Positions 12,536 to 25,700 of a stretch of DNA of 57,941 nt are shown one piece after another. The first letter of the stretch is position 1. Each line of letters opens with the position of its first letter. Location of the stretch: assembly GCF_006345805.1 (NCBI RefSeq), contig NW_021833619.1, forward strand, positions 1-57,941. The letters are read 5' to 3'. Below the pieces are notes generated by a model. The model did not search any database and was not told where the DNA came from. It saw only the letters and a program-made list of their open reading frames with translations. Origin of the DNA: Octopus sinensis. Taxonomy: Eukaryota. A program made the translations under genes and the position numbers.

Positions 12536-14249
12536 CTCACAGACACATACCATATATATATTCATCCATGTGCGTATGCGCTGGAATTTTTATGCATCTT
12601 ACGTAGCTGAAGGTCCTGCTTTTCCTATATAGCATCCAATAACTTTCGTAGTTAGAAAATTTAAACAGCTTCATTTTATTTGTCAAAAGAATTCGGCTGT
12701 GGTATAGAATATGAGAAAAAGTATATAAAATAACACGGAAGTATATCGTAAAATATAATAAATAAGATGAAAATAATACGTAAAGAAATGTAGGAACGAG
12801 CGATGGAATGAATGAAAAACGAATGAATGTCTGAATGACCGCAAGAAAGAATTGTCTTAGAAATCTTGGTTCAATGGAATGTTTTAAAATGAACCATTGT
12901 GTTTACCAAATTCCAATATCAAAATCGTCTGAACATTACGGTGTTCATAACAGAATGCATTAAGCCATGAGAAGTTTTCTAATATCATAAAAAAAATGAA
13001 CAATATAATTTTTCTTTTAAATATATTCACCCATTTTTGCAGGAAGTCTACGCTAAAAAGATGCGGATAAAAGATGCTGATTTTGACGGAGATGGTGACG
13101 TGGTCGATGATGGTAATGGCAAGGAGATGGTGATAGTGGGCGATTATTTGTATTCTTGGTCGACTGTTCATATGGCAGAGTTGAAGAGGAAGTTGGAATG
13201 AAGGGTGATTTTTGGTTTTACATTTGTCTTCTTACGAAGTTGTTTTGTTTGTGTGTGTGTACGTATGATTCTTTATAGCTTTCTCTTATGGTATTTTTCA
13301 TTTGTTTTTCTCTCTGAAATATAGATTTTTTTTTTATTTTTGAGATTTTTTTTTGTCTTCATTGAGTGAGTTAGTAGAGCTTTGTTGGAAACTAACAGCA
13401 GCTGAAATGCCAAGAAGGAAAAGTAATAAAATTTAAGAAGTCAAAACTGGTGAAAGAAAATAACCAGAGAAAGATGGAAGGGTATCGAAAGTAAACATCT
13501 ACGAAAGTATAAAGAAAATAATGAATAAAAGAAGAAATAAAACAAAGGAAAAATAAACGAAAATTACAAAACAGACAAATGACTGACAAAGTATAGTTTG
13601 TATAATTTAAGGAGGACTATAGGTAGATAATCACGTGTCACTTCGAGAAAAAGTATTGTTAATTGCCTGTGAGAAGTCAAAGAGTTTTTGACTCCAGACC
13701 AAAATTTATTCTAAATGACGATAAACATATAACATTTTTACGGGTATAAACATTTATAGCTTTTCCTTGGTCGTGCTGAAACAAGAAATGTAAAAATATG
13801 GTAGAATAACTTTTAAAATAAATACTTCGATTCTTGTTAAAACCAAAAAATTCATAGATGAATATTTCAGATCAGGAACTCATTTAACAATAAATTATAA
13901 TGTAACATTGCACAAAAATTGAAAATTACATTTGAGTGTTATCCAATTACACCTTACATGTCTTATATTTATTTTTGTCGGATTCATAGAATAGTGAACT
14001 TGTACAACAGACTGAAGGTTTTGTTTGTTTTATGTAGCACATTATGAATGCATTATCCTCAATGTTGATATACGCAATGGCTTATATATCCGCATATCAG
14101 TCTAATGAGTGCCGCAGGGCAAATTTCTAAGACTTTGTAATACTTATGTTGCTTCTAAGATAATATAGACACGCGCGCGCACACACATGTATGTATATAT
14201 TTAATATATACACAGCTGCACGGTGGAACTTGCCAAGTTAAAAATAAAA

Positions 14250-14575
14250 CCTCATTGAGTATTTCCAGAAGATATGCAACAAAGGTGTTGTCCCATAAGG
14301 TTCAAAATATCTCTCCCCATAAAGCAACAAATGCTGTTGCAGCAACCTTCGTGGTTTGTAAAACCTTCTAGAATCATGTTCAACAGGATCATTCTTACCT
14401 TACGGAAACATGTTGCCTGAATCACAATGCGATTTTCGTAGCAATCGAGAAATATTTTATACAGTATTCACTTCCCCTCGATTACAGTAGAGGGCTAGAG
14501 AGTAGAATTAGATCATGTGTATGATCCATGATGATTTAAGAGAATCTTTTTATATAGTAGATTACGATTTGCACT
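14250..14575 (+). mobile_element. Decayed RTE-clade LINE reverse transcriptase fragment
   Basis: MLPESQCDFRSNR...VFTSPRLQ*RARE*N...DLRESFYIVD matches the RTE pattern LPESQCGFR...RQLQEKCREQ...DLxKAFDxV. Confidence 0.75.
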
Positions 14576-14605
14576 GATTTTCTCTCCCTGTTTCTTTCTG
14601 TGTTC

Positions 14606-14641
14606 CTATCTGTGGAAGAGCGTAGGCTCGAAACTTTAAAG
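14606..14641 (+). ncRNA. Minimal type I HHR-like motif, variant core CUGUGGA (decayed)
   Basis: ctat-CTGTGGA-a-gagc gtag gctc-GAAA-ct-TT-aaag; stems I and III mutated. Confidence 0.45.
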
Positions 14642-14737
14642 ACTTTTTCATTTCCCAAGCGTTATGCTAATACATCTGTTTGTTGTCTACACCACTTGTC
14701 TACGTCTTTTTTTTTTGTGAATACTCCTCTTAAATAT

Positions 14738-14992
14738 AGGAGCACTCCGTCGACGACGAGGGTCCCGGCTGATACGATCAACGGAACAGCTTGCTCGTGA
14801 AATTAACGTGCAAGTGACTGAGCAATCCACAGACACGTGTACCCCTAACGTAGTTCTCAGGGAGATTTCGCGTTACGCACAGTCTGTCAAGGCTGGCTCG
14901 TTGAAATACAGGTACACCTCATTTTTGCCAGCTGAGTGGACTGGAGCAACGTGAAATAACGTATCTTGCTCAAGGACACAATGCGTCGCCGG

Positions 14993-14999
<7 letters not shown>
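14738..14999 (-). mobile_element. SINE with CORE-like segment, 5'-truncated
   Basis: Minus strand has a B-box-like ttcaattccgg followed by gtgtccttgagcaagatac. Confidence 0.6.
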
Positions 15000-15042
<43 letters not shown>

Positions 15043-15139
15043 ATAGAATGACAAGACAACAAAAGAATGAGACCTCGATATTATGTAAATAGAGGAATTT
15101 ATCTGTAAATATAATACGTGATAATTATTCGGAAGCCAT

Positions 15140-15200
15140 GATAAAACTCCGAGTTTCGGAAGTCGTGGCGGAAACCCACGCCAGCATCTCTTCAGTTATC
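15140..15200 (-). ncRNA. Type I HHR motif
   Basis: gataa-CTGAAGA-stem II (tggcg/cgcca)-GAAA-ctcggag-TT-ttatc. Confidence 0.65.
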
Positions 15201-15336
15201 GGGCCATCGAAAAAAAAAGCTATGAAAATGACCGTTAAACAAAAGGAAATTGTCTTAATAACGGTCAATCACACAGTAATTGCCCTTTGTTTAACGGTCA
15301 TTTTCACAGCATTTTTTCATTATTTTTTGATGGTCC

Positions 15337-15399
15337 AATAACTGAAGAGATGCCGGTGTGGATTTCCGCGCTCCGACATACGAAGCTTGGAGTTTTATT
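15337..15399 (+). ncRNA. Type I HHR motif, decayed (GAAG in place of GAAA)
   Basis: aataa-CTGAAGA-stem II-GAAG-cttggag-TT-ttatt. Confidence 0.5.
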
Positions 15400-15449
15400 A
15401 TGGCTACTGAATAATTGTCACGTGTTTTATTTACAGATATATATATATT

Positions 15450-15514
<65 letters not shown>

Positions 15515-15608
15515 ATGCATGTGTGTGTGTGTGTATATTATTATTATGATTATTATTATTATTATTATTATTATTAGTATCATTATTATTATTATTATTA
15601 TTATTATT

Positions 15609-15797
15609 CAGTAGCTTTATTTTTATAGCGTGCTTTCACTTCACTACCGAGCGCAGCTCTGTGTGCCTTAGGTATGTGCTGTGATTTGTTGTGATGCTCT
15701 GATGGTTATTGTATGGAAAGTGTTCTGCGCAGGATGTGTGCAGTGCCTAGTAGTGCAATTTTCTGTATGTTATATGTGTTTGTGAGTCCTGGTGTTT
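15609..15797 (-). mobile_element. 3' end of R4/Dong-like LINE inside (TAA)n
   Basis: C-terminus PGLTNTYNIQKIALLGTAHILRRTLSIQ*, short 3' UTR with AATAAA, (TAA)n on both sides. Confidence 0.75.
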
Positions 15798-16041
15798 TAT
15801 TATCATTATTATTATTATTATTGCTCTTATTATAAATATGGGCAAAAGAAAAAAATTCTCTATGCCAATATACTGAAAAATAGATCTTACAAAGTCCAAC
15901 CACATACAATATTTTTCACTATAGTAAAACAGCGTGCTGAAACGTGGCAAGCAATCTAACAGATAACAGCTGTGCGGATAATACCGGAGTGACTTGGTGC
16001 TTCAACTTAAGCACCAAATTCAACAGAATCTTAATTATTTC

Positions 16042-16129
<88 letters not shown>

Positions 16130-16140
16130 ATATCTATCTA

Positions 16141-16176
<36 letters not shown>

Positions 16177-16488
16177 CTTTCTGTGATACATGATCCCTTT
16201 TGATCGTCTTTTTTTCCGATCCTTTTTTATCGGAATTTTACATTTGTTTCCTTTTTTTTCCCTTTCCTCTTTCCATCTTCGAAAAGAAAAGCTCTACATT
16301 TGTATTTGTCCGCTTTGTTTTCAGCCCTGTGTGGCCTATAAAGAAAGTTATATATATATATATATTATTTTATTTTATTATATTATATTATATTATTATA
16401 AGATTGTAAATAAAACGTGAAAATCAGACAAGGTTGGAATTCCTTTTATTAATATATTCTTCTATATACACATCACACACACCTGTAT

Positions 16489-16552
<64 letters not shown>

Positions 16553-17125
16553 GGCATACGTATATACGTATACGTACATATACATAGATGTACTTTTCTT
16601 TCATGCGTTTCAGCCCAGTTGCCGGCCAAGCTGGGTCACCGACAGTAAAACCACCAGTATCGTGTGATTGGCATTTAATGTTGGAAGGAGTCTCTTCTTG
16701 CTGCCCTCTTTTCCGTTTCTGTCTGTGATGCAGGTTTATACAGAAATTTGGACAATGAGAGATCAAGTTTTTCTTTGAAAACATCTCCTGTCATATAAAT
16801 ATGTAGAGCTCTCGGGTATTTGACAAGATAATTAATAACTGTAAGCTTTTGAATCCCAAGCTATTTCACTATCTGATCCTTAATCTAGACGGCATGGGGG
16901 AGGAACCTTTGGAACAGTACAATGATGTTCTGTTCAGGAGCTAGCATATCTTTGGGTACCAAAATTTGGTGCCAGCTCCTTTAGGTTATTCATACGTATT
17001 TGTGTGTGCGTTCGTGATTATGTATTACTATATTTCTAGGCCTCCTTTTAATCAATTATGCACACATGCATGTATATGTATATATTTATGTATGTATATA
17101 CGCATATATATATATACATATATAT

Positions 17126-17187
<62 letters not shown>

Positions 17188-17641
17188 GATGTGTCGCTAA
17201 GGTATATAATTATTTGATTATTGGTCATTGTTCCAAACCTACTGTAGTAATTTCGCTGTTTCCCGACCAATAAATAAAATATCATGTACTACATATTGTT
17301 TGAATTTCCCATCGGGAAAACACTTCACATCATCTGACAATGTTTCTGTTGATGTGGTATGTCTATACGTCAACGTAATATCATTAAATTCTGGCGTAAG
17401 TCTTCTCTAATTTTTGTTCTTTACCTCTATCTCAATACTGGTCGTGTATAACTAAACACAGAATCATTCCATGCGATACTTCTATTTATTTTGTTCATCT
17501 GACATATTATTTAGGCTGCCTTACCTGTGTCACAATATACTAGTATACTTAGAAATAATTGAAACATGCCGGACTCTTCATGACTACATCCAGGTTTCGA
17601 ATTTGATGACAAAACCAATTTGATTTCGTATTTGAATGTGT

Positions 17642-17920
17642 GGAGGCACATGGCCTAGTGGTTAGAGCAGCAGACTCGCGGTCGAAGGATCGCGTGTTCG
17701 AATCTAAGACCGGGCGAAATACCGAAGCGCCACGCGTCTCTGGCAGAAAGTAATGGCGAACTTCTGACTCTTTCACCACAAATTTCTTTCACTCTCTCCT
17801 CCTGCGTCTTGCAGCTCACCTACGACGGACCGGTGTCCCGTCCAGGTGGGGAACTTATACGCCAAAGAAACCAGGAAACCGGCCCTTTGAACCAGGCGTG
17901 ATTCGAGACAGAACTAACTA
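17642..17920 (+). mobile_element. tRNA-derived SINE, family S3
   Basis: A-box tggcctagtggttaga and B-box gttcgaatc; related copies at 24917-25224 (-) and about 26740-26960 (+). Confidence 0.8.
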
Positions 17921-18543
17921 ACTCCTATTTGAATGCATTATTTGCAGTAATTCTTGACAATATTCGATATTTTCTCTACCTAAATAACGTTTTTTGTTCT
18001 CTTTTTTTTTCACTTGTCCCATATAACGCATGCAAACATTAAATAAATATAAACCTAGACAATATTGTTAACAAAATAATCTACAATCACGAAAAGAAAA
18101 CAAACTCTGGCAGTAATTAACTATCTTTTATACGTCTTTATTTTATATTTTTCGCCACAATACTCAAATTTGACTACATTACTCTCCTTGTACAGTATAT
18201 TACGAAGATTCTTAAAGACGAAGCTTCGGAAGTAGCGAGGAAGACACTTGATAATTAACATTTCAAAGCCAAGTAAAAAGACAATAAAAGAAATATGGTA
18301 AGAATCTCTCTTAATATAATTTTCTTGTAAACTATAAATGGACGAAATTAATTGATAACGTTCTTTTAATAATCTTTTTACTCTTTTTTTCTACTTTTCT
18401 TTTCACGCGGTTGCCTCTAAGTTATCAGATAATCAACATTGGCTCATTAAATCGATTAATTGATTTTGCCCAGTGGCTTTGGTAAATACACTAGGATGTA
18501 CACACCTATGATATACGTATGTATGCATGTATGAATATTTCTT

Positions 18544-18620
<77 letters not shown>

Positions 18621-18635
18621 ATCTCTTACTGTCTG

Positions 18636-18703
<68 letters not shown>

Positions 18704-19007
18704 GCTAGCTAGCTATCTATTTATCTATCTATCTATTTATCTATCTGTCAATCTATGTCTATATATAAAGATAGATAGATAGATAGAGGGGGAGAGAGAC
18801 AGATAGAGACAGAGAGGGAGAGATACGTACTTATATTTGTGTGTATGCATATATAATCTACGTGCTTGGATAATAAAACTAGTAGCTGTACATCTAGTTG
18901 TACTCAAAATACATACTGTATTCACACACCCACGGACACACACACATACGAATAAATAAACATAGATAGATATAGAATTATGCGTGTGTGTAGACAGGCA
19001 TGTTTTG

Positions 19008-19036
<29 letters not shown>

Positions 19037-19042
<6 letters not shown>

Positions 19043-19400
19043 CACATTTTAAAAAACTGACCACTAAAAGTGGACGGTCAACATGCTAGATATAGACGTC
19101 AAAATCGCTATTTTCCACGAAGAACGTGTTCTCAAATAAATAGGTAATCGTGCTTATTTCGTAAATTTTCATTTGTCTTGTTTATTTTTAACACTTTGGT
19201 TTGTGCTGAGTTTTTATTTCAGAACACATTCTTCGTGGAAAATAGCGATTTTGACGTCTATATCTAGCATGCTGACCGTCCACTTTTAGTGGTCAGTCCT
19301 TTAAATTTTGTATGTAAAATATTTTAATCTTCGGATTTTTTAATATGCTAGGCCACTGGTTTTAATTGATTAATATCAATTTCTACCCTTATTCAATTTT
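19037..19400. repeat. Inverted repeat (arms 19037-19140 and 19213-19316) in a (TA)n-flanked element related to the 3' domain of the 3-kb unit
   Basis: Near-perfect reverse complement arms; shares the ctag...ctaggccRctggt...accct architecture. Confidence 0.8.
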
Positions 19401-19689
19401 ATATATATATATATATATATTATCAACACTTTGCTGTGTTTATCATACTTTTTCCTACATTTCCTACATATCCAGTTATGCTATGAGTACAGTAATGACC
19501 ACACCAGTTTCCTGGATATAGAATTCTTGGTGTTATTCTTCGTTAAGACCTACGTAGTATACGTACATTTAACTGCACGTACTAAATAAGAACATTAAAG
19601 CACTCAGAGCGAGGCATCACCACCCCGAAACTTCTGGCCTTGCACTAAAATTTGAAACCAATGTTTATGTGCGTGCGTGTATGTGTGTT

Positions 19690-20015
19690 AAATTTAGAAT
19701 TAAAGAATTAAGTTAATTTCTTGGCTCAAAAAGCAAAAAGCAAGGCCATGTAGGGGGACATGGTGTTATGTACAGGGTGGTGTTCATGCAACGAGTTCAG
19801 GCCATTTCTGGTCAAGGGAGACTTTGAACCAAACGGTCGTCGGCATCTTCACTATCTCGTCCGGCAGATTATTCCACGGATCCGCAACCCGGACGGAGAA
19901 AGCCCCTCTCCTTCGATTGAGATGAAATCGTCGCAGATAGAGCTTTTCGGAGTGACCCCGCCGCCGACGCTCTGGAGCAGGAGTGAAGAACAGCTCTTTC
20001 GAGAGGTAACACTTT
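19690..20015 (-). mobile_element. CR1-clade LINE 3' end
   Basis: Minus frame RRRGHSEKLYLRRFHLNRRRGAFSVRVADPWNNLPDEIV...* followed by a short UTR and short-repeat tail. Confidence 0.8.
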
Positions 20016-20581
20016 CTGCTTAAGGTTTGGTTAAGGTTTAGAAAGTAGGCTTTAAATCGAGACCCTGTTTTAAGGAAAGTTCCAGGAAGTGCGTCTACAG
20101 AGCACTTTCACTCCTTATGTCTAACATGTGTCATTAGCGATACCGATACAGTGCGTTCGTCGTCGGATCTGCGTCCGAAATTCTGAGCTGCACGTAGGTT
20201 GCATCTTAAAAGATTAATACTGAAAATAGAGTATAACTACAATAATTTATTAGCACAATAATCGCATAGGCTTCATTCTGCATTCTTAAACTTGGTCATT
20301 CCCAGTAGAATGACCGAGTTTAGAAATCTGCTGGATCTCACTCATAAGGGAATCTTACATTCATTATAAATTCTATATTTGGAAGGACTCATTTTAAACT
20401 CTGTTGGACTTTTGGATTTTACTCAAAGGATATTTGAATATTGCATATATACCATTATGCCCATAAAATGGATTTACAACTTCAATACCCATACATATCT
20501 TGCATCTATTTTTTTCCTCGACCTCACTCTCTATTTTGTATCACATCTAAACTAACTATGATTCTACTATCCTCTCACACC

Positions 20582-20633
20582 GTCTCCGATGAAGGTATAT
20601 AATTAATAAATATCCTAGAAACAGCTGTAAGAC
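20582..20633 (+). ncRNA. Minimal type I HHR motif, variant core CCGAUGA (family D)
   Basis: gtct-CCGATGA-stem II (aggtatat/atatcct)-GAAA-cagctg-TA-agac; palindromic stem III. The host element runs to about 20840, ending at (TA)n. Confidence 0.7.
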
Positions 20634-21645
20634 CTTCTATCTATAAATGCTCTAATATCTATACAGCCTTGTTTTTTTTTATCTTATTACGCAAAAAATT
20701 CTTATATGCACATGCTGACATAGAACCAACGTTGAACCCTTTATTCGCAATATTATCGAATCTGGAACTTAACTATGGTCCGTCTATAGCACTTATTAGC
20801 ATTACCTGAGACCTTTGGGCCTCAATGACACCATTATCTCTTATATATATATATATATATATATATAGTTTGTATAAACAAAATATTCATTACTATCTAT
20901 TACCAACATTGGCAGATAACGTTTTATTACATTTTTTCGATATATTATGAAGTTAAGAGTATCGTTGAAAGAATTATAACAAAAGCAGAGTTGAAACACC
21001 CGTAATTTATTAATCGAAATATCTGTCGCAGGTCTGTTATGAATGATAACTGATCGATCCGATTAAATTAAGTACTTAATAATAGTGTACTTAGAAGTAA
21101 TATTATCGTACACAGCTTAAATGGGTGTTCGATCTATAATGAAAACATAAAAAAAAAACAAACAGGATTGGAATTAGGTTGGCTGATCATTATTTTCCTA
21201 TTCAATAATATATAATATACGCAGTTAATATTTTATAAGTGACTGTTACTGTGTTGACAAAACGCTTTAGATATTTTCTATAATAAAGCATCACATTGGA
21301 AGAACTCATTTACTCACCAGTACATACATATACATCCGCATGTTATACAGGAATATGCATAGATATTTACATGTGTATAGATTTTTTTGCTAGCCGTGTA
21401 CAGATTTTGTACTTTAAGAAAAAGAAGGTAATCAGAATTTTGGATATTTTATTTATATATTGCTTGCATCTCTTTTTGAGATAATAGTTATGAATGATAT
21501 ATTTACAGAATATTCATGTCTTTTATATGTATATGTTAACTGAAAAAAACATCTGAGACTGATTTTGGAAGAGAATGTTCTTTGTTATCTTGAATGTTTG
21601 TTTGTGTGTGCGTGCGTGTGTTTCTGTGTGTTTGTATATATATAA

Positions 21646-21690
<45 letters not shown>

Positions 21691-21864
21691 GTGTGTGTAT
21701 GTCTGCAACAATGTCTGTGTGCTAAGTTTTTGGAGGCTTGTTTAGAGGAAGAAAAACAAAAGAAAGAAGGAAAATGAAAGAAAAAAGGACAGGAAGAAAG
21801 AAAGAAAGAAAGAAAGAAAAGAGAAAATGTCTTTCAGGTGATGGTTGAAATTGAATTGTTATCT

Positions 21865-22298
21865 GCGAGCTGGCAAAATCGTTAGCACGCCGGGCGAAAT
21901 GCTTAGCAGTATTTCGTCTGCCGCTCCGTTCTGAGTTCAGATTCCGCCGAGGTCGACTTTGCTTTTCATCCTTTCGGGATCGATAAATTAAGTACCAGTT
22001 ACGCACTGGGATCGATATATTCGACTTTATTCGTTTGTCTGTCCTTGTTTGTCCCCTCTGTGTTTAGCCCCTTGTGGGCAATAAAGAAATAAGAAGCATT
22101 AGCACGCCGGGCGAAATGCTTAGCAGTATTTCGTCTGCCGTTACGTTCTGAGTTCAAATTCCGCCGAGGTCGACTTTGCCGTTCATCCTATCGGGGTCGA
22201 TAAATTAAGTACCAGTTGCGCACTAGGGTCGATATAATCGACTTAATCCGTTTGTCCCCTCTGTATGTTTAGCCCCTTGTGGGTAGTAAAGAAATAGG
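21865..22298 (+). mobile_element. Two tandem S1 SINEs
   Basis: Copies at 21865-22091 and 22099-22298. Confidence 0.9.
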
Positions 22299-23318
22299 GA
22301 TATATTCTTACAATTTAAATTGATATAAGATTACGCAGTAACAGAAATTATTACAATTTCAATAAGTGGTATTTTCTTCAAGTTATGTAGCCACAGTAAA
22401 CTTGACGAACATTAACAAGAAATATGTCTTCGAAACAACCATATTCGTCAACAAAAGATATATCCGTTTATAAAAGTGGGTTCCATAGTTAAGTGTAATG
22501 GGATCTTAAACGGGGATACCTTAACTTTTGCAGTAAGATTGTTATACTAGACATCCCGTGTTTAAGTTTCAAATTTGGTGACGCTCGACAAATATGTAAA
22601 AATGTTCTTTTTAGATATTAGAATAGATTTCTTATATATAGATTCGTTTGAAGATTTTAGAGAAGTGCTGTGTTTTGGGAATATGTAAGTCTATTAACTT
22701 CAAAATACGCTGATTATAATTGCGTAAAAATCTTAATTAACCAGAGCTTTATATTTTATTTGCCAAATATTTCAAAACCTCGTATCTGTTGACTTCATTT
22801 TGTTAATTTTTTATTCGTTAAATAATCTATTTCAGACTAAAATTTCTTGCAGTATTTTTACATTATTTGGAATATTATTCAAACAAGCATCATCGTATAA
22901 GATTGAGTAAACGAATGTCAATATTCTTGTGAATATAATTTATTATGTCGTGTAGGCGAGAGCTATTTTTGATTTAATATTTTGGAGGTCTCGTGCGATT
23001 TTCTATAAAGAAGAATATTTTCTAGCGTTTACATTCAATAATCTTAATAACACTATGTGTCTAAGATTAAAATCTAAATATAATTGCTTGTAAGATCCAA
23101 TAATATTTCAGTCTCTAGACTACGCCGTTGCTGGAGCATCATATTGCTAGGTTACATTTAATTATATAGAGCAGATCAATTAGTCGGTTATTATAATTAT
23201 TGATTTTTGTTTGCTTTTAATGCAACTAATGAATCAAAAGCAGGAAGCCTTTACACATTTTTTATGAGAATCAAACTGCTGTGCTTACACACACACATAG
23301 AGGCACGCACGCACGCAG

Positions 23319-23357
<39 letters not shown>

Positions 23358-23394
23358 GATGTGTGCGTTTATGTATGTATTTATGTATATAATT

Positions 23395-23810
23395 TATTTC
23401 ATTATTACCCACAAGGGGCTAAACATACAGAGGACAAACAAGGACAGACAGACGGATTAAGGCGATTATATAGACCCCAGTTCGTAACTGCTACTTAATT
23501 TATCGACCCCGAAAGGATGAAAGGCAAAGTCGACCTCGGCGGAATTTAAACTCACAACGTAACGATAGACGAAATACCTATTTCTTTACTATCCACAAGA
23601 GGCTAAGCACAGAGAGGACAAACAAGGACAGACAAACGGATTAAGTCGATTATATCGACTCCAGTGCGTAACTGCTACTTAATTTATCGACCCCGAAAGG
23701 ATGAAAGGCAAAGTCGACCTCGGCGGAATTTGAACTCAGAACGTAACGGCAGACGAAATACCGCTAAGCATTTCGCCAGCCGTGCTAACGTTTATGCCAG
23801 CTCGCCGCCT
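23395..23810 (-). mobile_element. S1 SINE partial dimer
   Basis: Full copy followed by a second body joined through the shared gaaatac junction. Confidence 0.9.
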
Positions 23811-24211
23811 TGTATGTATGTATATAACGTCGTGACATCGATGGGTGCTTAATATTGTAGCCGTGGACACGATTTGAACTTACACTCCGCAGTCTTTACC
23901 GAGGATATATAGAGAGATTTATAAGAGAGTGAAACAAGAAGAGAAAATATTCAGAATATGAACACTTATGTACAAGTATAGAGATATTTATATATGTACA
24001 GAATAAATAAATTTGCAAGCAACCGTAAGAGTACATGCAACCATAAGAGAAGGTATATAAAGATTGCCATAATACTAGCCTCCATCGCCATGGAGGATAT
24101 ATAAAATATCTATATGCTTATTACATGAGGTAGCTTCTGAATATTTTCATTTTTCGTTTCTCTCTTTACATAACTCTATATATATATTTACATATGTGCA
24201 TTTATGTATAT

Positions 24212-24243
<32 letters not shown>

Positions 24244-24270
24244 ATATATATATAATATATTATATATATA

Positions 24271-24307
<37 letters not shown>

Positions 24308-24376
24308 CATACATACATATATATATGTATGTATGTATATATAAAACTTCATACACACAGACACACAAAGACAGAA

Positions 24377-24408
<32 letters not shown>

Positions 24409-24708
24409 GTATATATATTTATATAAAGAAACATTAATCATAGTGCAAACATTAAATTCGAGTCAACGACTTTATATACATCACCATACCGCAAACATTT
24501 GATCATAGATAAATATTACCATGGTTCTTAAACATATTAAAAAAATATATATTCATAAAAACACAGAAGGTAAAAATATATGTGCGAATATATTGTAAAT
24601 ATATAGAACGGTCTATCAAAAGGTAAATATAAACGACTAAAAATTCATAAACCCTTTTAATGCCATAAAAAGAGACGAAAATTATTTCTCGTATATAGGA
24701 AGAGCGTC

Positions 24709-24856
24709 GCGTTAGAAAGGGCATCCAGCTGTTGAAACTCTGTCAGATCAGATTAGAGCCTGGTGCAGCCATCTGCATCGCTAGTCCTCAGTCAAACCGT
24801 CCAACCCATGCCAGCATGGAAAGCGGACGTTAAACGATGATGATGATGATGATGAT
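24709..24856 (+). mobile_element. SINE/LINE 3' end with (GAT)n tail (RTE-like)
   Basis: ...gcggacgttaaacgatgatgatg; inverted related copy at about 26025-26131. Confidence 0.65.
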
Positions 24857-24916
24857 AATATATATATATATATATATATAGATATATATATATATATATA
24901 CTATTATATATATATA

Positions 24917-25224
24917 TTCGCCCTTTTCAAGCCTAGGCAAGCTCATGGGCCCGGTTTCCCGGTTTCTGTGGCGTATGTGTTCCCCACCCCAGCTGGACGG
25001 TACGCCAGTCCATCGCAGCGTTACTCAAGAAACAGGAAGAGAAAGTGAGAGACATATGTGGCGAAAGAGTACAACAGGGGTCGGCACCCCTGCCCCTGCC
25101 GGAACTTCGTGGAGCTTTTAGGTGATTTCGCTCAATAAACACACACAACGCTCGGTCTGGAAATCGAAACCTCCATCCTCCGACCGCGAGTCTGCTGCCC
25201 TAACCACTGGGCCATTGCGCCTCC
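24917..25224 (-). mobile_element. S3 SINE
   Basis: Reverse complement of the 17642 family. Confidence 0.8.
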
Positions 25225-25228
25225 ATAC

Positions 25229-25380
<152 letters not shown>

Positions 25381-25429
25381 TATATATATCTATATATATA
25401 TATATTCATCTATATAATATAGTTCTTAG

Positions 25430-25700
25430 TACCAGCCGGTACTGAACCCATATGGTTGAGAAACTTTGATTTATATAGAAATGCGAATGAGTAGAAGCTC
25501 GATATGCCATTAACTCTCTAGTAAAGGAATGTATCACTCTGAAGGATGAATCCAACTCTTCAATAGCCTTTGATCTATAGATCTTGTAGCAGAATAAATA
25601 GCGGAGTGGATGTAATTGACGATGATTCTTTAAGGTGTTTCTCCACCACTCCCACAGATCATCACTGAAGCCAGTAAAAATATACTGATATATCATTCAG
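25430..25700 (-). mobile_element. Highly decayed LINE RT fragment (R4/NeSL-like)
   Basis: DLWEWWRNTL...ILQSDTF resembles LMxxWxTxL...GIFQGDSLSP; frameshifted. Confidence 0.4.

Larger units (their letters stand above)
15100..15439. repeat. Inverted repeat (arms 15100-15251 and 15278-15439) of an HHR-bearing element between (TA)n tracts
   Basis: Arms are imperfect reverse complements with a 26-nt spacer. Confidence 0.85.

Noticed and set aside
12390-12632. Repeated ORF MRNWYLIYRPRKDE... (also at 21722, 23664, 46876)
   Set aside because: Antisense reading of the S1 SINE, not a gene family.
14099-14134. agtct-aatga-gtgccgcagggc-aaa...ta-agact HHR-like remnant
   Set aside because: Both core segments are defective; cannot be supported without homologues.
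23837-24070. Possible solo LTR (TG...CA)
   Set aside because: No clear TSD, second copy, PBS or PPT.
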